From contig MU619358.1 of assembly GCA_025201805.1 (NCBI GenBank), forward strand, positions 1 to 42,206: a stretch of DNA of 42,206 nucleotides. The letters run 5' to 3'. Below the pieces are notes generated by a model. It did not search any database. It was not told where the DNA came from and saw nothing but the letters and a program-made list of their open reading frames with translations. Source of the stretch: Parasitella parasitica NRRL 2501. Taxonomy: Eukaryota; Fungi; Mucoromycota. Position numbers and translations under genes: made by a program. Positions 1 through 14,142 of the stretch are shown one piece after another (positions within the stretch are counted from its first letter, which is position 1; every line of letters starts with the position of its first letter).

Positions 1-694
1 TAGTACTGTATACGTGGCGCTAATCCCTAAGGATACCCCCTATATACCACAACTTTAGTAATTCGTAAAAACACCATTATTTTATTATATAAGATTAGTG
101 AACATGGCACCTACTGCCAGGAGAACAATTGCACCAAAGAAGGGGAGGTAATGCAACAAAGTGAATCTGGATAAATTCAAATCCCGCTAGATTATACATT
201 CATTTCACCACTTTATCAAGAGTTATATTATAAGGAAATGTGATTTTTCAGAGCTTTTCCTGCCTCTTGAGTATATTGTTCATTGCTTATCATTTTATTT
301 TTCTAAAAAACGTTAAAAATCGAGGCAACAAAGTATATTTTCGAAGGAGTATGTTACAGCCTAAATTGCAGTTAAAATTCAGATAAAATATCATCATTTA
401 GGGATACATCAGATATATTGATAAATCTGAAGCAACATCATTACAGAAAACGAACAGCATATTGAAGAATAGCACAAGAGACAAGTTTCTGGCTTTTTAC
501 TATCCAAGCAATTGTGTATTTCAGACGAACTCAAGTGTTGGAGAGTTACTACATACACCCTTTACTTGGTAAAAGTACGATTGCTTTAAAAAAAAATTAT
601 TGCTTCTCTTTTTACTTTTTTTACTATCGAAACATATTTGATTTAAAAATTGGAGTTTTCCTTTAGGTTTATTCATTATAGAAAAAGGTAAAAA

Positions 695-3600
695 ATGGAG
701 CAAGGTAAGTAACTCAAATGATTGATCTTTTACGAGATGGGGACTCATCAAGCAAACACGTACTACTTTTATTGTTTTGTGCTTAGAGGTATAACTAAAC
801 GACATTACCGGATTAAATTGAATGAATAACATGAGTGTGATAGTTGTATTACTTGATAGCAAAGTTTCTGGCATCAGGTCCTTGCAAAGATGCTGCACGT
901 GTGCTTGAAAATGAGTTGAAACAGAACCGTGAGCTTTTACCACACACAATCACCTATGAAGGCAAACAAGTTCCAATGACAATGGATCGACTGGTGAGAC
1001 ATTACTTACAGTACAGAAAACGAACATACAGCTAATTTCTTACTTCCAGTCAAGAGAGTATCCGAATGTTAGTAACAATTACCTGCTGGAGTTACTAGGT
1101 CGATTTTTGAGCCATTTTAAAGAGTCAGGAGATCCAACTATACTTCGAGTCAGTGCATTACGACATGGAGATAAATCACTTTTGACAATGCTATCAGCAT
1201 TTGTGCCCCATGAAGAAGTGGAACGTTGTAACTATTTGACCATGTCTCCAGCTCAGTTAGAAAAGCTCTCTACACGTAAGAGTTTTATTCTTTTGTTTAA
1301 CAATGTGAAAGTATGATATCCATCAATTTCGTTAGATCGTATGCTGATTGCAAGGGAAATGGGTGCTACAGTCATGAAAAAGAATGAAATGCCTACATCC
1401 CTGTCAACGTTTTACAGAGAGGTAAACATTGAAGCAATAGATACAAGGACAGATATTTATGCATTTCCTTTTTTGCAGCGTGTAACTATATCAGGACATC
1501 GTAATCCAGTGTATTCAGTTGTATTCGACAAGACGAACCGCAGATTATTTACTGGAAGCGACGATTTTCTTGTCAAAGTATGGTGCGTTAGAACAGGGCA
1601 TCTTATTCACACAATGCGGGGTCATCAAAACGTAATTACAGACATTGCTATCAACCAAGAGAATACGCTGATCGCCACTGCTTCCACTGACGGCTGCGTG
1701 CGTGTATGGACAATGGACGAATATAAACCTATCATGTGTTTACGGCCTAATGCGACAACCATCAAACCATTTACAACTGTCAAATTTTCGCCATCGCCGA
1801 AAGCAGAAACTCGTTACTTGATGGCAACAAACGAAGATGGATTTGTTAGACTGTGGAGATGGGATCGTGACACTCTACAGTTTTTTGATATTGATTCCCC
1901 TATTACATTCAGTTGTCGATTTAGAGCAAAGGACAGACTTAGATGCTCCTCATTCAACTATACAGGCACTAAATTTACAGTTGCCGGTGATGATGGCTTT
2001 GTCTATGTATTTTCAACGGTGCAGGTGCAAACATCACATGAGGGGGTTACGTCCCATGTTGATTTATCAAGCCAAGATAGACCTGTAGGCAGAGGAAGAA
2101 AAAAGTTTGCAAATGCTCTTTTCCCTGACAAAAATAGCCATTTAGAGCCACAGGCTGTCGTATCTATTGGTACATTGGAGGGGCATATGGGCAGTGTTAC
2201 TGATTTGACCTACAGTCATGATGGACAACGTATATTAAGTGGATGCCAGGACGGCACAGCACGTATTTGGAAATTCGATAAACAGCAAAGGCAATGGAGT
2301 TCTGTTATACGTAAGCTGAATTATCAATTTGATGATGCCCTAGCCATGCTAACCTACTTTTTTTTTTTGATACAACAAAGTAAGTTTAAAGGAGCCAATT
2401 AGTGTTGGTACCAAGATTGTAAAGCCCTCAACTCTAGGTTCCACAGTGATGAGCAGAACAGCATCTATGAATTGTCAAAATGGATTAACCAACACAGCAT
2501 CTACATCGACTGCAACTGAGGAATATGGGACTTTGATGCCTAATTTTGACGACAATGATCTCAATGCCATGGAGCCTACGGCAATGGCTATTGACGTGAC
2601 GGAGTCTTCGACCGCAAATGATGTAAACGCATCCCTTGACCCACCAAAAGTTTCCATGATTGCTTGGAGCGCAGACGATAGATGGTGTTTTGTAGCATCA
2701 AATTACGGCGAGATCAGGGTGTATTATGCTTACAGTGGAGAGATGGCGTGCGTTCTAAAGGGGCATGAAGGAGAGATATATGCGCTTGATAACCACCCAC
2801 TAGATTCCTCCACAATATTGTCTGCCGGCTATGACGGCAATGTTATACTTTGGGATGTACAGAAGAAAAAGGTGATCAACTGCACCAAACATGAAGGCAG
2901 AACGTTTACAGACTGCAAATTCTCAAAAGACGGTATGAAATACGCCATCACAGATGAGGAAGGTCATTGTACGTTATTCGGTATCGGCGGATTGGACAAA
3001 GATTACGAGCAAGTGAGAAGTTGGGAGAGAGGACAGTATTTCATGTCTGATTACCAAGCCTTACGACATTACGCCGATGGCTCCTTTGTGGACGAGCCAA
3101 CACAACAATTACCCTACGCTTTGCCGTTCTCACCGATTATTGACCTACAAGGGGTGGCATACCCAAACCAAAGAAGACTTGGTTATGGACGCAGCATTCC
3201 TACTACATCAGAAACATTTGAACTTGAGGACATCAAACGTTCTGCATGCTACAACCAAGAAGAAGAGGAGATTCGCACCATGAAATTGATTGTTTTACCT
3301 TCACTCGATCGTGCTACTGTTGCAAAAAAGAGACGGGAGTATGTACGATTTGATGATGAGGAGGAGGGTGATTTGGCTTCTGCTGCCAACATCCAGTTCC
3401 AATTTCCCCCTCCTGTACTGCCAGCATTGCTACCAGATGACTCAGCAGACGAAGATTACCATGATGATGAACCAGGAAATGCAGCTTACGCATCCAGTGT
3501 AAACAGCAGTGATGATGAACGCGGATCTGATGAATTTATCACTCAGGATATTGAGGATACTCATCACAGCGAGGATGAGAACGACGAAGAAGGTCCAGTG

Positions 3601-5647
3601 ACCCGTAGCCGTGCAGGACAAATACCCATGAGAGTGCCTCGTACTACATCTAGCAGCGCTTCTATTCGTCGAACCAACAATACCCGTAGACGTGGACGTG
3701 GACGTGGTGGAGGAGGAGGTATCGGAAGAGGTAGAGGCAGGGGTGGATCTCGTGCAACTCGTAAGCGTAACCGTGAAGCATCTGACGATGAAGAGGATCA
3801 GCCTGTACGAGCTAGAACAAGACGAAGAGTTGCTGAAATACCCTCCTATGTTGAAAGTGATTATGAGAGTGAAGACGAGGAAGAAGAGCTTGTCAATGTT
3901 GATAATGACGAAAGTGATGCGCAAGTTAGCGATAATTCAGAAGCAGGTCCTTCGAATAGAGCAAATTGCAACACGAATACTGGTGCTACCGCTGTCGCAT
4001 CTGCTTCCTCTTCATTCTCTACTTCTTCGAGTCGATCTGAACATTTTGAGCCCGAAGATCGCAAAGGAAAGAGAAAGCTTCGTTCTGCGGGATATATGGA
4101 CGATGACGACTTTGCTGATACATCTTACCAACAGCGACCGTATTACAACAACAACAATATTCCAAGCAATAGCAGTGGCATTGCCTCTGCGTCAACGCAC
4201 ACCGGTCGAGCCACAAGAAGTCGAGCCAACTTGCCAGACCTGCCAGTCATTCAAGAACCCCATATTACAATTCACAAGCCAGTAGTAGCGCCCCCCGCCA
4301 CAACAAAATCAATTAGTAAACGAGCTGTCAAAGTACGTGATGGCCCTCGTCAACTGACAGAGGAAGAAATCAAGGAGCATGAACCAATCCCTTGGATCAC
4401 AAACACTGAGCGAACGCTGGCAAAATACTTGCCTCAAGTAGGTGATATAGTTACTATATTGACAGAAGGCCACAAACAATATCTGAGAAAATCGGAAATG
4501 AGGCATCATTTCGATGAGAAGCATGGCGTAATTGACAAGCACAACCCAGTTTTATTTGCCAGAGTTACCAGTATCAGCTGGCTAGTTGGACCGCCTGCTT
4601 ATTGTAAAATGAAGCTGAACATGTTGGAACTTACAAACTTACAGAGTGTCCTTCAAGGACAGGAAGATCCAGTGTGGTCATCCATGCAGCAAGATGAAAT
4701 CATTGAATATACGGATGAAGACGGAAGCCCTGAATTTGTTGTGCTTTGGGAGCGATTTTTGGCATCAATGAACGTATTTTTGACGCTGCAAGTGGGTCAA
4801 AAAGTAGATGCTATTTATGACGAGGGGCAATACACTGGAACAGTGTCTAGCGTAAACAATCAAGGACAATACTGGAGGCGGGCTAACCTGCCTAGTCCTT
4901 GGGCTTTCTATCATGTCATTTGGGACGATGCCTCTTCAAATGCTGAAGATTTATCACCGTGGGAATTAGTCCCAACAGGCGAAGATTTCCGTACTCGATA
5001 CGATGTGGGATCCTCACTTACATCATCGCAGGTCAAACGAGCCAGAGAAACTTTAGAATGGCTTGCCAATGTTGATGATTTCTTTTTATATGTGCATCAA
5101 GTCAACTACTATGACTATCCACCTTATTTATCATTGATTGCCTATCCCATCTGCTTGGACACCGTCAGAGAGAGATTAAACAATGGCTTTTATCGTACCG
5201 TTGACGTGAGTCTATGTGGACAGCATCAAACTGTATGTGTGAATAACAGTCTTTTTTTGCGTAGGGATTAATTGACGATGTGGAATTGATCAAGAAAAAT
5301 GCAATGAAATACAATGCTGAGTCATCAGCAGCTCACAAGAATTCTATCCGATTAGCACATTTCTTCAAGACGCGTATCTTGAGTAAGTCTTATATATAGT
5401 AACCAGATAAGGATATGCTTATTCATTTGTTTTTATTACAGAGCCGTCAATGCCTTTGGCATTGTCGAGAGGTGGTGGGAGAAAAAAAATGGTTGTTGAA
5501 GAATCGGATGAAGATTACGATAATAATGTTGAAGAGCAAACGTATGAATCAGAAGAAGAGCCAAGAATATCTAGAAAAGAACGAGACTTCTCAGAGGAAG
5601 AAGACTTTGTAGATGATGATGACGACGAAGATGATTACTATGAATAG
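695..5647 (+). CDS. Bromodomain and WD40-repeat protein (BRWD1/PHIP/BRWD3-like), multi-exon
   Basis: N-terminal (E)LYYLIAKFLASGPC..AARVL..EL...ELLP motif; multiple GH...WD repeats (GHRNPVYSVVFD, GHQNVITDIAIN, GHMGSVTDLTYS, GHEGEIYALDNHP); QYFMSDY motif; PQVGD...LSPWEL domain; C-terminal bromodomain (YLSLIAYPICLDTVRERLNNGFYR...IKKNAMKYN). The start at 695 depends on a 2-nt microexon model. Confidence 0.9.
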
Positions 5648-6084
5648 CTTGGCGCTTAAATACACTTGCATATTGCAGATTACAAATGTTTAAGGTGTTA
5701 TGAGTTGCCATTTCTTGAATATTTCTAGACTCATTGATAGTGGTTTTAAAGATAAAAAAGAAACAGTATTACCGACTTGATGTACACTCAATGCATGAAA
5801 TTTATCTATTAACCATTGGCATACATTGCTTTGAACATGAATAAGCACTATTGAATGGTATGTTTGCCTGTTCATATAGCATTGTTCAAGGCGGTACAAA
5901 ACTTTGCGAGAATCCAACAATGCATATATGTAAAATTTCGTAAGCAACGAAAGGGGATGGGCAAAGTCTTGTATCTGTCCACAAATGGTGTAATGCATTT
6001 TATTTCGTTTAATTAAGTGTCCCTGTGCGTCCACTCGATGTATTTCTGTTTCTTTCATAAATTTCAAGCAAACCTTTTTACAAC

Positions 6085-6901
6085 GTGTCTAAGGAGCTCA
6101 TTGAGAGTGGCAAGAGACAAGCAGCTTACAGGGCTATTGACGAACACATCTCTCCTGATAAGCAAGTGGTTGACATTAGCTCTGGCTCTACCGTTGTCTA
6201 TTGATCCTTCAAAAAACATGAGTTGAAACATACTACGTATGTGCCTACCAGTTTCCAAAGCAAGCTACTTATTCTCGATAACGGGCTAATTGGGACCCAT
6301 TGAACAGTAAGTAGTGTACTTGGTTACAGTCTATGCCTGTGTGCGACAGTTTGAACCGTTCTCTAGAAAATAAATTTACGACGTGCTTGATGCAACTAAT
6401 GGTGGGGTTGACGAAGTTGATGATGAATTGAATGCAGTTAAGGGAGCGCATGTAAATTCCAAGAAAAGCTAAAAGCAGAGGCAGTTAAAAAGTTCATTCT
6501 TGTCGCAAGTTTGTGTATTTTATGTCACGTCTATAGACTCATTTCACTCAATATCATTTAGGTACGCAACGGACGCAGGGCGTCCCTATTGAAGTTGTAC
6601 CACTGTCTATAGAACTGTCATAAAGAAGATCAAAAATGAGTTGCCTATTAAGCCCAACAATGTAAATCTTTGAATGGCTGTCAACAAAGCAGTGCCCGTT
6701 GTTACAGACAATGGCAATTTTGTCGTTGATGCTGATTTTGGTCAAATACAGAATCCTGCTAGCCTATTGAGAGAAATCAAACTGCTGACTGGAGTATATA
6801 AAATAGGTCTCTTATATCGAATAGCTGCTAAGGCTTATCTTAGTGAAGAGGATGGGAGCGTCAATGTACTGAAGAAACATTTAAAAAGAAAGTTTATTTA
6901 G
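6085..6901 (+). pseudogene. RKI1: Ribose-5-phosphate isomerase A pseudogene
   Basis: RpiA motifs spread over several frames: KRQAAYRAIDEH..VVDISSGSTVVY*, VPTSFQS, GVDEVD..LNAVKG, FQEKL, GVPIEVVP, PVVTDNGNFVVDADFG, IKLLTGV. The start codon reads GTG, and there are several frameshifts and in-frame stops. Confidence 0.85.
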
Positions 6902-7756
6902 TTGCTGCCATAACGCTATCTTTACCCATGATTTGATATTTAATGTTTTTAAGCGTTGGCATATCATTATTGTCTTTAATGGCTGAAACTCCATCAGAGC
7001 CTATAAACATGGGCCCTGTAGTGATAATAAGCTGATCCCATTCATCCTTGAGACAGGATTGAATAATTTGCGATCCTCCTTCTATCATGAGCTTTTCGAT
7101 ACCGTTCGATTTTAGTACTCTAAATACCTCTTTGAAGGGCAAACGACCTGGAAAAGGTAAGCATACAATGTTGTATAGAGGCAGTATGTCTACAGTACTA
7201 ACCATTTGCAGATGCCTTGACAGGAATAATCTTTACGCCTGCATTTTCTAGTACTGATTTCTCGTCATTCTGCACATCAATATACTTTTCAGAAACAATC
7301 AACCATGGCTGCTTGCCTGTTCCATTTGCATAGTTTTTTACAAGCTTGCAATCTGGCGATAGTCTCAGTGAAGGATCTAATACAATCGGTTGAGGCTGCT
7401 TAATGCTGGTTTCTGATGCTGACAAATATCGCGCTTTATAAATAGTGAAAAAGAGCAAACTTAGCCTTCCTCTCAAATCGAAATCACGAACGCTAGACTT
7501 TACCATTGAGTTGAGGATCATCTATTAATGCAGTACCAATACCAACTAGGATACCATCGTGAAGTATACGCAAACGATGCGTCATGGCCATACTCTCCTT
7601 TCCACTGATAAGCACTTGTTGTCCTTGCTTGGCTATCTTTCCATCCAAACTTTGGGCAAAAGTTAGGGTGACGAATGGACGATCATCTGGTAGCGAGATG
7701 TTGCAGTATAATTGATCCAGAAAGTCTCCAGCTTGTTTGTATACAGTCTCGTCCAT
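6894..7756 (-). CDS. RIB7: 2,5-diamino-6-ribosylamino-4(3H)-pyrimidinone 5'-phosphate reductase (RibD C-terminal type), 3 exons
   Basis: RPFVTLTFAQSLDGKIA, MTHRLR..HDGILVGIGTALIDDPQLN, PQPIVLD and LMIEGGSQII motifs; two GT-AG introns. Confidence 0.9.
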
Positions 7757-7987
7757 GTTTTTGGTGAATGAGAATAACCTGCACTACTGCTGCTCCAGGC
7801 GGCGATGATTTTCATTTAAATTCAGGTCAAGTAGCACAATATGTTTGCTTGATTGGCAGATTAGCATTTTCAATACATCATGCCCAAAGGTATATCAATT
7901 CAATGTATTGCTGTATATCCCATTAGATTGTGTCGTAAACGCGTTTATTCATTTGAAAATGTAAATCCCAAAATAAATTATAATGAT

Positions 7988-8644
7988 TTAAGCCTTGGAA
8001 GCAGGAGATACCTTCTTCTTTACCACCTTTTTGGCAGGTGATTTAGCTGTCTTTTTTATGGGGACAGCTTTCTTTGACAAGCTAGTTGTCGACTTCTTCA
8101 CAGGAGCAACCGTCTTCTTTTCAGCAGGAACCTTCGCCTTTTTCCCGGCTCCATCTGTTTTCTTTTCCGCAGGAGCACTTCCCTTCTTTTCAGGCTTAAC
8201 AAGCTTAATAGTACCAGATAAGCCTTTTGATTTTACCAAGTATTAATTAAGCCCCTTTTAACACCCCTCATTGCATCTTACCTTTGGGAAGAGAAAATAC
8301 ATTCTTTGCAGTTCCACGTCGAATTGCACCAGAGATTTGTGAGTCAAAATGGGCACCTGGCGATACTTTGAAGTTTGCAAGAATGTATTTCTTGATAGCA
8401 GGACGAGAGCTACCCTTGCGCTCTTTGAGATTAGAGACTGCAGCTGTGCATCGTATTTGTAAACATGCGAGTTTTTTTGCGACTGACATATGGATTACTT
8501 ACCAATAATCATGCTTTCGTACTGTGATTTTCACAACGAATTCGCATCAATACGTGCGGCGAATATATTTTTAAAACATGATGAACTTACGGAAGGATGT
8601 TCTGCCAACTTTTTTGCTTTTAATTTTGTTTCAGCGTTCGTCAT
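7988..8644 (-). CDS. HHO1: Linker histone H1, multi-exon
   Basis: Globular domain HPSYESMII.AAVSNLKERKGSSRPAIKKYI...KG.SGTIKL followed by a Lys/Ala/Pro-rich tail. Confidence 0.92.
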
Positions 8645-9337
8645 TTTGTTAATAATATTGAAGAGAAAGACAGAAAGAAAGACAGAAAGAAAGACAGAAA
8701 AAAAAAGTGAAAACTTAGCTTTTTCAGGCAATTTTTGATCTCGCATTAGTCACCAATCAATGCTCATGCGTCAAGGGAAAAATGTTGCTAACTTATGCAG
8801 CTTCTCACAGCTGAAAAATAAAGGAGGCCATACATTTATGGAGCTACCAGCTGTAAAGAATGTATATCTTATTTGCAACAGTTTGACCTCTGTTTACACT
8901 GCTTATCTCTTTGGCGTCAGATACGCTTTATACTGAACAGAAATGAACAAAATGCTCCAGGGATTTTACTTGATTAAATCGTATGACTGGACAATAGAGA
9001 TTAAGCATTAAATGTTTAATACTGACATTTGTGATATGGCACAAAGAGCAAATGTTGGCAACCTTGAGAGAGTAAGCAGATTTAATTTTAAGGAAGTTAA
9101 ATAATCATTTGTTTCATTATACTCTGTAAGCAAATTAAGTTTTGCAATTCAAAAAAGACCATATATTCTCTTAATTTATAGATTAGCAACAACGATGAGC
9201 AAAGACAATGAAGCCAAGTAGCCCATTCGTATATATATGTGCCTATTGCAACTTTCCTGGAACTAATAATTCCAAAAATCCCTCAATTGAAAGAAGATGA
9301 CACCAATTTTCACTCGACTTGCTTTATCCAGGAAAAA

Positions 9338-11474
9338 ATGTCTGTTTTTTCCACTTTTATGCATCTCAACTGTGTGCTTCCCAACGACTTTTTCGCTGTT
9401 GGTTATTTGTGAGTATTTCCAAGTCTAATGCTTAAAGTGCTATATTAATCACCATGTAAAGTTTTTAGTCTTTTTGTAGTCAATGAACGAAAGTATCATG
9501 GTATGTTGAAACATAGACCACATGAACTCAAATATGCTAACAATAGGTCATTATTTAGCAATCAAAGGCGAAATGGAATCCAACGAAAAGGCGCACGGCG
9601 AAATTGTTACCAATCTCATGAAAAGACTTGATGCGTTTCAGGACGAAAAGAGAAGCATGCTCGATGATTTAAATGAACAAAAAGTAACCTATTTGAAGAC
9701 CAATAACCTTCAGTTCAATCATCTATTCAACAATATGCGCATTTTCGAAGACCAAATCAAAACCAAAAATTCAACCATTGATAATATTGTTACTAATTTG
9801 AACTCCCTCTATGAATCACTTGCCAGCATCAGGCGTGAGAGCAGCCAAAATAATCAGACTGACATGGGTGTCTCAACTGTGGTAGATGAAAAATTGATTG
9901 AAGATTACCAAAGGCTCAGTTATCAAGTCAATTCTCTTGAAACTACTACTGTTCAGCTAATCGCCACAGTCGATAAACTTCATGCTGAAAACGACGTTGT
10001 AATAGCCTACAAAAAACTAAACCAAAACATCAGGGAACACGAACCTGCCTTGAGCACGCAAGTCCTCGAATTGAAGGCTCAGATTGAGCGACTAAACAAA
10101 ACTGTCTTTGGTCAAAATTTTCCAGTTACAGCAATCTTTGGAGGCGAGTGCAGCAGAACTAAATCCGGACAATCTAAATTCAAGAGGACAATCCGTAAAA
10201 GCTTCAGCAGTATGATCCATCACAAAGCTAACAATAATTTGGGTACCATGGTGTCAATCCTAAAGTGCAACCTTACTACCGGCGAAACTCAAGCTCAACC
10301 TTACAGCCGTCATTTGCCAGATCCCAGCGGCATTATCAGAACAAATAATAGTAATCATGACAATAGCAGCGCTAGCAGTAGTGGCAAAGCAATCACTTCA
10401 ACGATCAAAGCCACTTCGACATCCACAGTTACTGAAGCCTACGAAACAGCTGCAACCACTGCAACCTCAATACCCATATTAGAATCTAGGATCGATGAAT
10501 TGTGCTCCAGCCAGGCTAAGATGAATGATCAAATAAAGTATTTGATCGTTAAATTGGATAACCTCCCAACCAAATCAAAGAAATCGACTACGACCACCAC
10601 CATACGTGATTCCCTCAGTTTTGGCAAGTCCAAAAGAAACTCCAATTCCAGCGATGAGCAAATTGACGCTATTCGTAAACATCTTGATAGCCTTCATAGA
10701 GAGTTTAATGGAGCAAAAGGGAGATACAGAGACAACATTCTAATGATACAAGATGAACTAGCCAAATCGAAGGAAAAACAAAAACTTCAAGAGGAATCAG
10801 CCGAGCACTATAGAAAGAAACATGTTAAATTTTCTAACTATGCCCAAAACAATATCCACACTCTCAGTGACACTAGTACAAGACAGCAGGCTTTGCTCGA
10901 TTCACTTGCATCAACTCTCGAACAGCTTGAGAGTGTGTTGACTAAAGATTTTCAGTGCTTATTCCCCAATAAGCAACAGTGTGGAACAGAAGAGCAGAAG
11001 CACTCATCTATGAAGTTTATTGACAGACTGTGCGCTTCGTTGATCTATGACAGAGCTATTCTGGAAAGCAACTGCGAACGGCTGAAAACTCTGACAAGCA
11101 AGCTTGACTCAGCAAGTGGTTTCAAAAAAGTGGTGGACGGGCTTCTCCATGAACAAGTGGAACTAGACGATAAAGTCAAGTTGGAACTGCAGCAAGTGGA
11201 AGAAATCAAAGTCAAATGTGCAGCGCAGGCTTCCAAGGCTGCTTTGATCTTGGCAGAAAAAAAGGGTCATTTCTTACATCAGGTATATACATCCACAAAT
11301 TTATCCACTGGTAAGAGCTCCACGCTAATTCTCATTTTGGCAGTAGTATATGGAATTTCACGAAAAAGCGATCGAATTAAACATCAAAATCATGTGTGTA
11401 TGTCCAGAACAAACAGTTCCTTTATAGAAACGGTGACTACTGAGATATAGCTGCTTTTGTGGTATTATAAATAA
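9338..11474 (+). CDS. Hypothetical coiled-coil protein, multi-exon
   Basis: 642-codon ORF (9522-11450) with heptad-rich segments. Short flanking exons join in frame through GT-AG introns (ATG 9338, TAA 11472-11474). No recognisable domain. Confidence 0.7.
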
Positions 11475-11889
11475 AAAATTAAATTACATAATATTCAAGC
11501 GGAAAATTGCAAGAGCACAATCACTTGGAATTGCTAGTATGAAAAGTGCTATTAAATTCTAATGACCTATCTAGGTTGATACAGAATTCAAAGGCTGATA
11601 GAAAACATTTAACAAAAATATGCCATGTTATATATAAGACTTATTTTTGGAGATATTGGCGCAAGTTGTAATGACAACATATTTCTGAGCTTGAATTCAC
11701 CACTGTGAATATAGGTCTATAGCAGTGAAGCACCTACTTCAATTGAGGAGCAAAACATGAACTCCATAAGCAATCTGGTTATGTATAAACATAAATCAAT
11801 AGCCAAGATGCTGTAAAATATGACTTCAAAAGCTATTTTTATGTAGCTTTATGATTTGATTAAAATAAATGCCACCTAATCATGACCAT

Positions 11890-12100
11890 TACCTTTTTCC
11901 CCGCTTAAAAGCATAATCTACAATCTCTGATATCTTTACAAACTGTTGAGCGATAGAGATGCAACGTTCAGCCAAAATATTTATTTTTTGGAGCACTTTA
12001 CAACAACATATCCGAGTTTTATGCACCTCTGGCCATTTTTCAGATTTTGCTATGTTTGGACCCCAAACCTCATATTCCAATTTCTGTTTTCAACTTTGGG
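11890..12100 (+). repeat. Dispersed diverged repeat, copy 1 (probable transposon end)
   Basis: Collinear similarity to 41640-41840: cttaaaagcataat, ctgatatcttta, ttcagccaaaat, caacatatccgagt, cacctctgg, tttttcagattttg, tgtttggac..aaacctca. Confidence 0.75.
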
Positions 12101-12594
12101 TCAACCTTCAGGGTCATTTTTAGGCACGGATTTGGGGTCCAAGCCAAGTATACATCCAAGTAATGGTATGATAACTGTACCTCACCACGTCTTCCAATTC
12201 TCGATATCTATCTTTGTTGTCGAGATATTGCCAAAACGAGATTTTGCAGATCTTGCAGATTTTACAGCATATGTTCCTATAACAAGTACCAAATTTTGCA
12301 ATTAAATCATGTTCAAGTTCCTAAGTAAAGTAATAAAGCACGTTTTGGTACATCTACTGGTAATAAACATGTCGTATTCAAGCTTGAATTCGACAAGCTT
12401 GAGCCAGTTTTGTCTTTTTATGTTAAACTTTGACCCCCTATTTCTCAATAAACCATTATGGTAACTTGGCCTGAGTAATTACTGAAATATTTTTAAAACT
12501 TGGTTCTCTCCTAGTTGTATTAGTGTTAGATAGATATGTCGAAAAAAATATTTTTTTAAATGTTTTTAGCAGAGGCTTCATTTATTTTTATAAA

Positions 12595-13053
12595 NNNNNN
12601 NNNNNNNNNNNNNNNNNNNNNNNNNNNNNNNNNNNNNNNNNNNNNNNNNNNNNNNNNNNNNNNNNNNNNNNNNNNNNNNNNNNNNNNNNNNNNNNNNNNN
12701 NNNNNNNNNNNNNNNNNNNNNNNNNNNNNNNNNNNNNNNNNNNNNNNNNNNNNNNNNNNNNNNNNNNNNNNNNNNNNNNNNNNNNNNNNNNNNNNNNNNN
12801 NNNNNNNNNNNNNNNNNNNNNNNNNNNNNNNNNNNNNNNNNNNNNNNNNNNNNNNNNNNNNNNNNNNNNNNNNNNNNNNNNNNNNNNNNNNNNNNNNNNN
12901 NNNNNNNNNNNNNNNNNNNNNNNNNNNNNNNNNNNNNNNNNNNNNNNNNNNNNNNNNNNNNNNNNNNNNNNNNNNNNNNNNNNNNNNNNNNNNNNNNNNN
13001 NNNNNNNNNNNNNNNNNNNNNNNNNNNNNNNNNNNNNNNNNNNNNNNNNNNNN
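12595..13053. other. Assembly gap (459 N)
   Basis: Run of N. Confidence 1.
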
Positions 13054-14142
13054 NGTTCTTGAGATATCTAGCAATGAACTATCCAAAAAAAAGCTCGAAT
13101 TTGGTTTGAGCCAAATGGACACACAATGCTGAGATTCAATCTACAGCCTTTTTTTTTTTTTTTGCTGTAAATGAGTGCAACATCTATTTTTAAATAAAAA
13201 GCAAAGCAAGATTCTAATAGGTAACTTGCGTATGTCTCAATATAAATCGATAGCCTGTATACTGCATAATACGGACTCAAAAACCATTGTAAGGACTGGT
13301 CCATGTATGTCATTTACAAATGTGTCAGAAACATCGATGTTAGAATACCGTACTTGATTATGTAAAATCAAATACAGACAAACTTGCATAACTGACAGAC
13401 AGACAATTTCCAACAACGAATATAAATAGAGTAGAAATGTCTAACCTTTGCACGTTATCCTATTTCAAAAATAAAGAAGGAATTAAATTGTATCTATTGT
13501 TGTTTTTACACTTTTTATTACAATAATCTTCGAAAGGAGATGTCATATCAATAACATGCCATAGAGCTTGTAGCAAGATCAAAGGGCTAAAGCCAATATG
13601 CGTGGTAAATCAGGGATTTACACCGCATGCTCTACATATAAATCTTGATTACAGTTGTGTATGATGATGTTAGCATATAATGTTAGTTTATATAAATACA
13701 TCCTCTGGATGTGCTTATAAAAGTGTAACTCTTGGCAGATTCATTTTACTGACTTATTTTAACATAAAAGGAGATTTTAGGGTAATTTTTTAATTATACA
13801 AGTCTCATGCTTTATGCTGCAATGCTCGAGTTTATAAGCTTTGCCTAATCAAAAAATAGGAACACTTTGATTTAAAAAATTAGAAACAGCGTATCACATA
13901 TGTAGAGTAAATCAGGGTAAAACAAATCAACTAACACTTTTTAATATAATACAATTTTTTTTTTGAAAGTTTGCAATGCTAATATTTAAAAAGAAAGAGA
14001 GATAGAGCAAATAGTAAGAGCGTTAAGTGTTATCGATTGCAGTGCCAATTAAATAGTTAATAGATGAAAGTAAAATGTAAATGATAATTGATTTGGTGTT
14101 TGTGTGTGTGAACAGTGCGTTTTATGCTGACAGAAAAGCCAT

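Noticed and set aside
3442-4285. Long alternate-frame and antisense ORFs inside the BRWD gene
   Set aside because: Shadows of a low-complexity coding region; no motifs.
6085-7756. RKI1-RIB7 as a riboflavin gene cluster
   Set aside because: RKI1 is a pseudogene and no other RIB genes are present.
8660-8705. AGAAAGACAGAA tandem repeat upstream of histone H1
   Set aside because: Simple 5' UTR microsatellite with no spacers; not CRISPR-like.
12523-13132. ORFs full of X
   Set aside because: Artefacts of the N gap.
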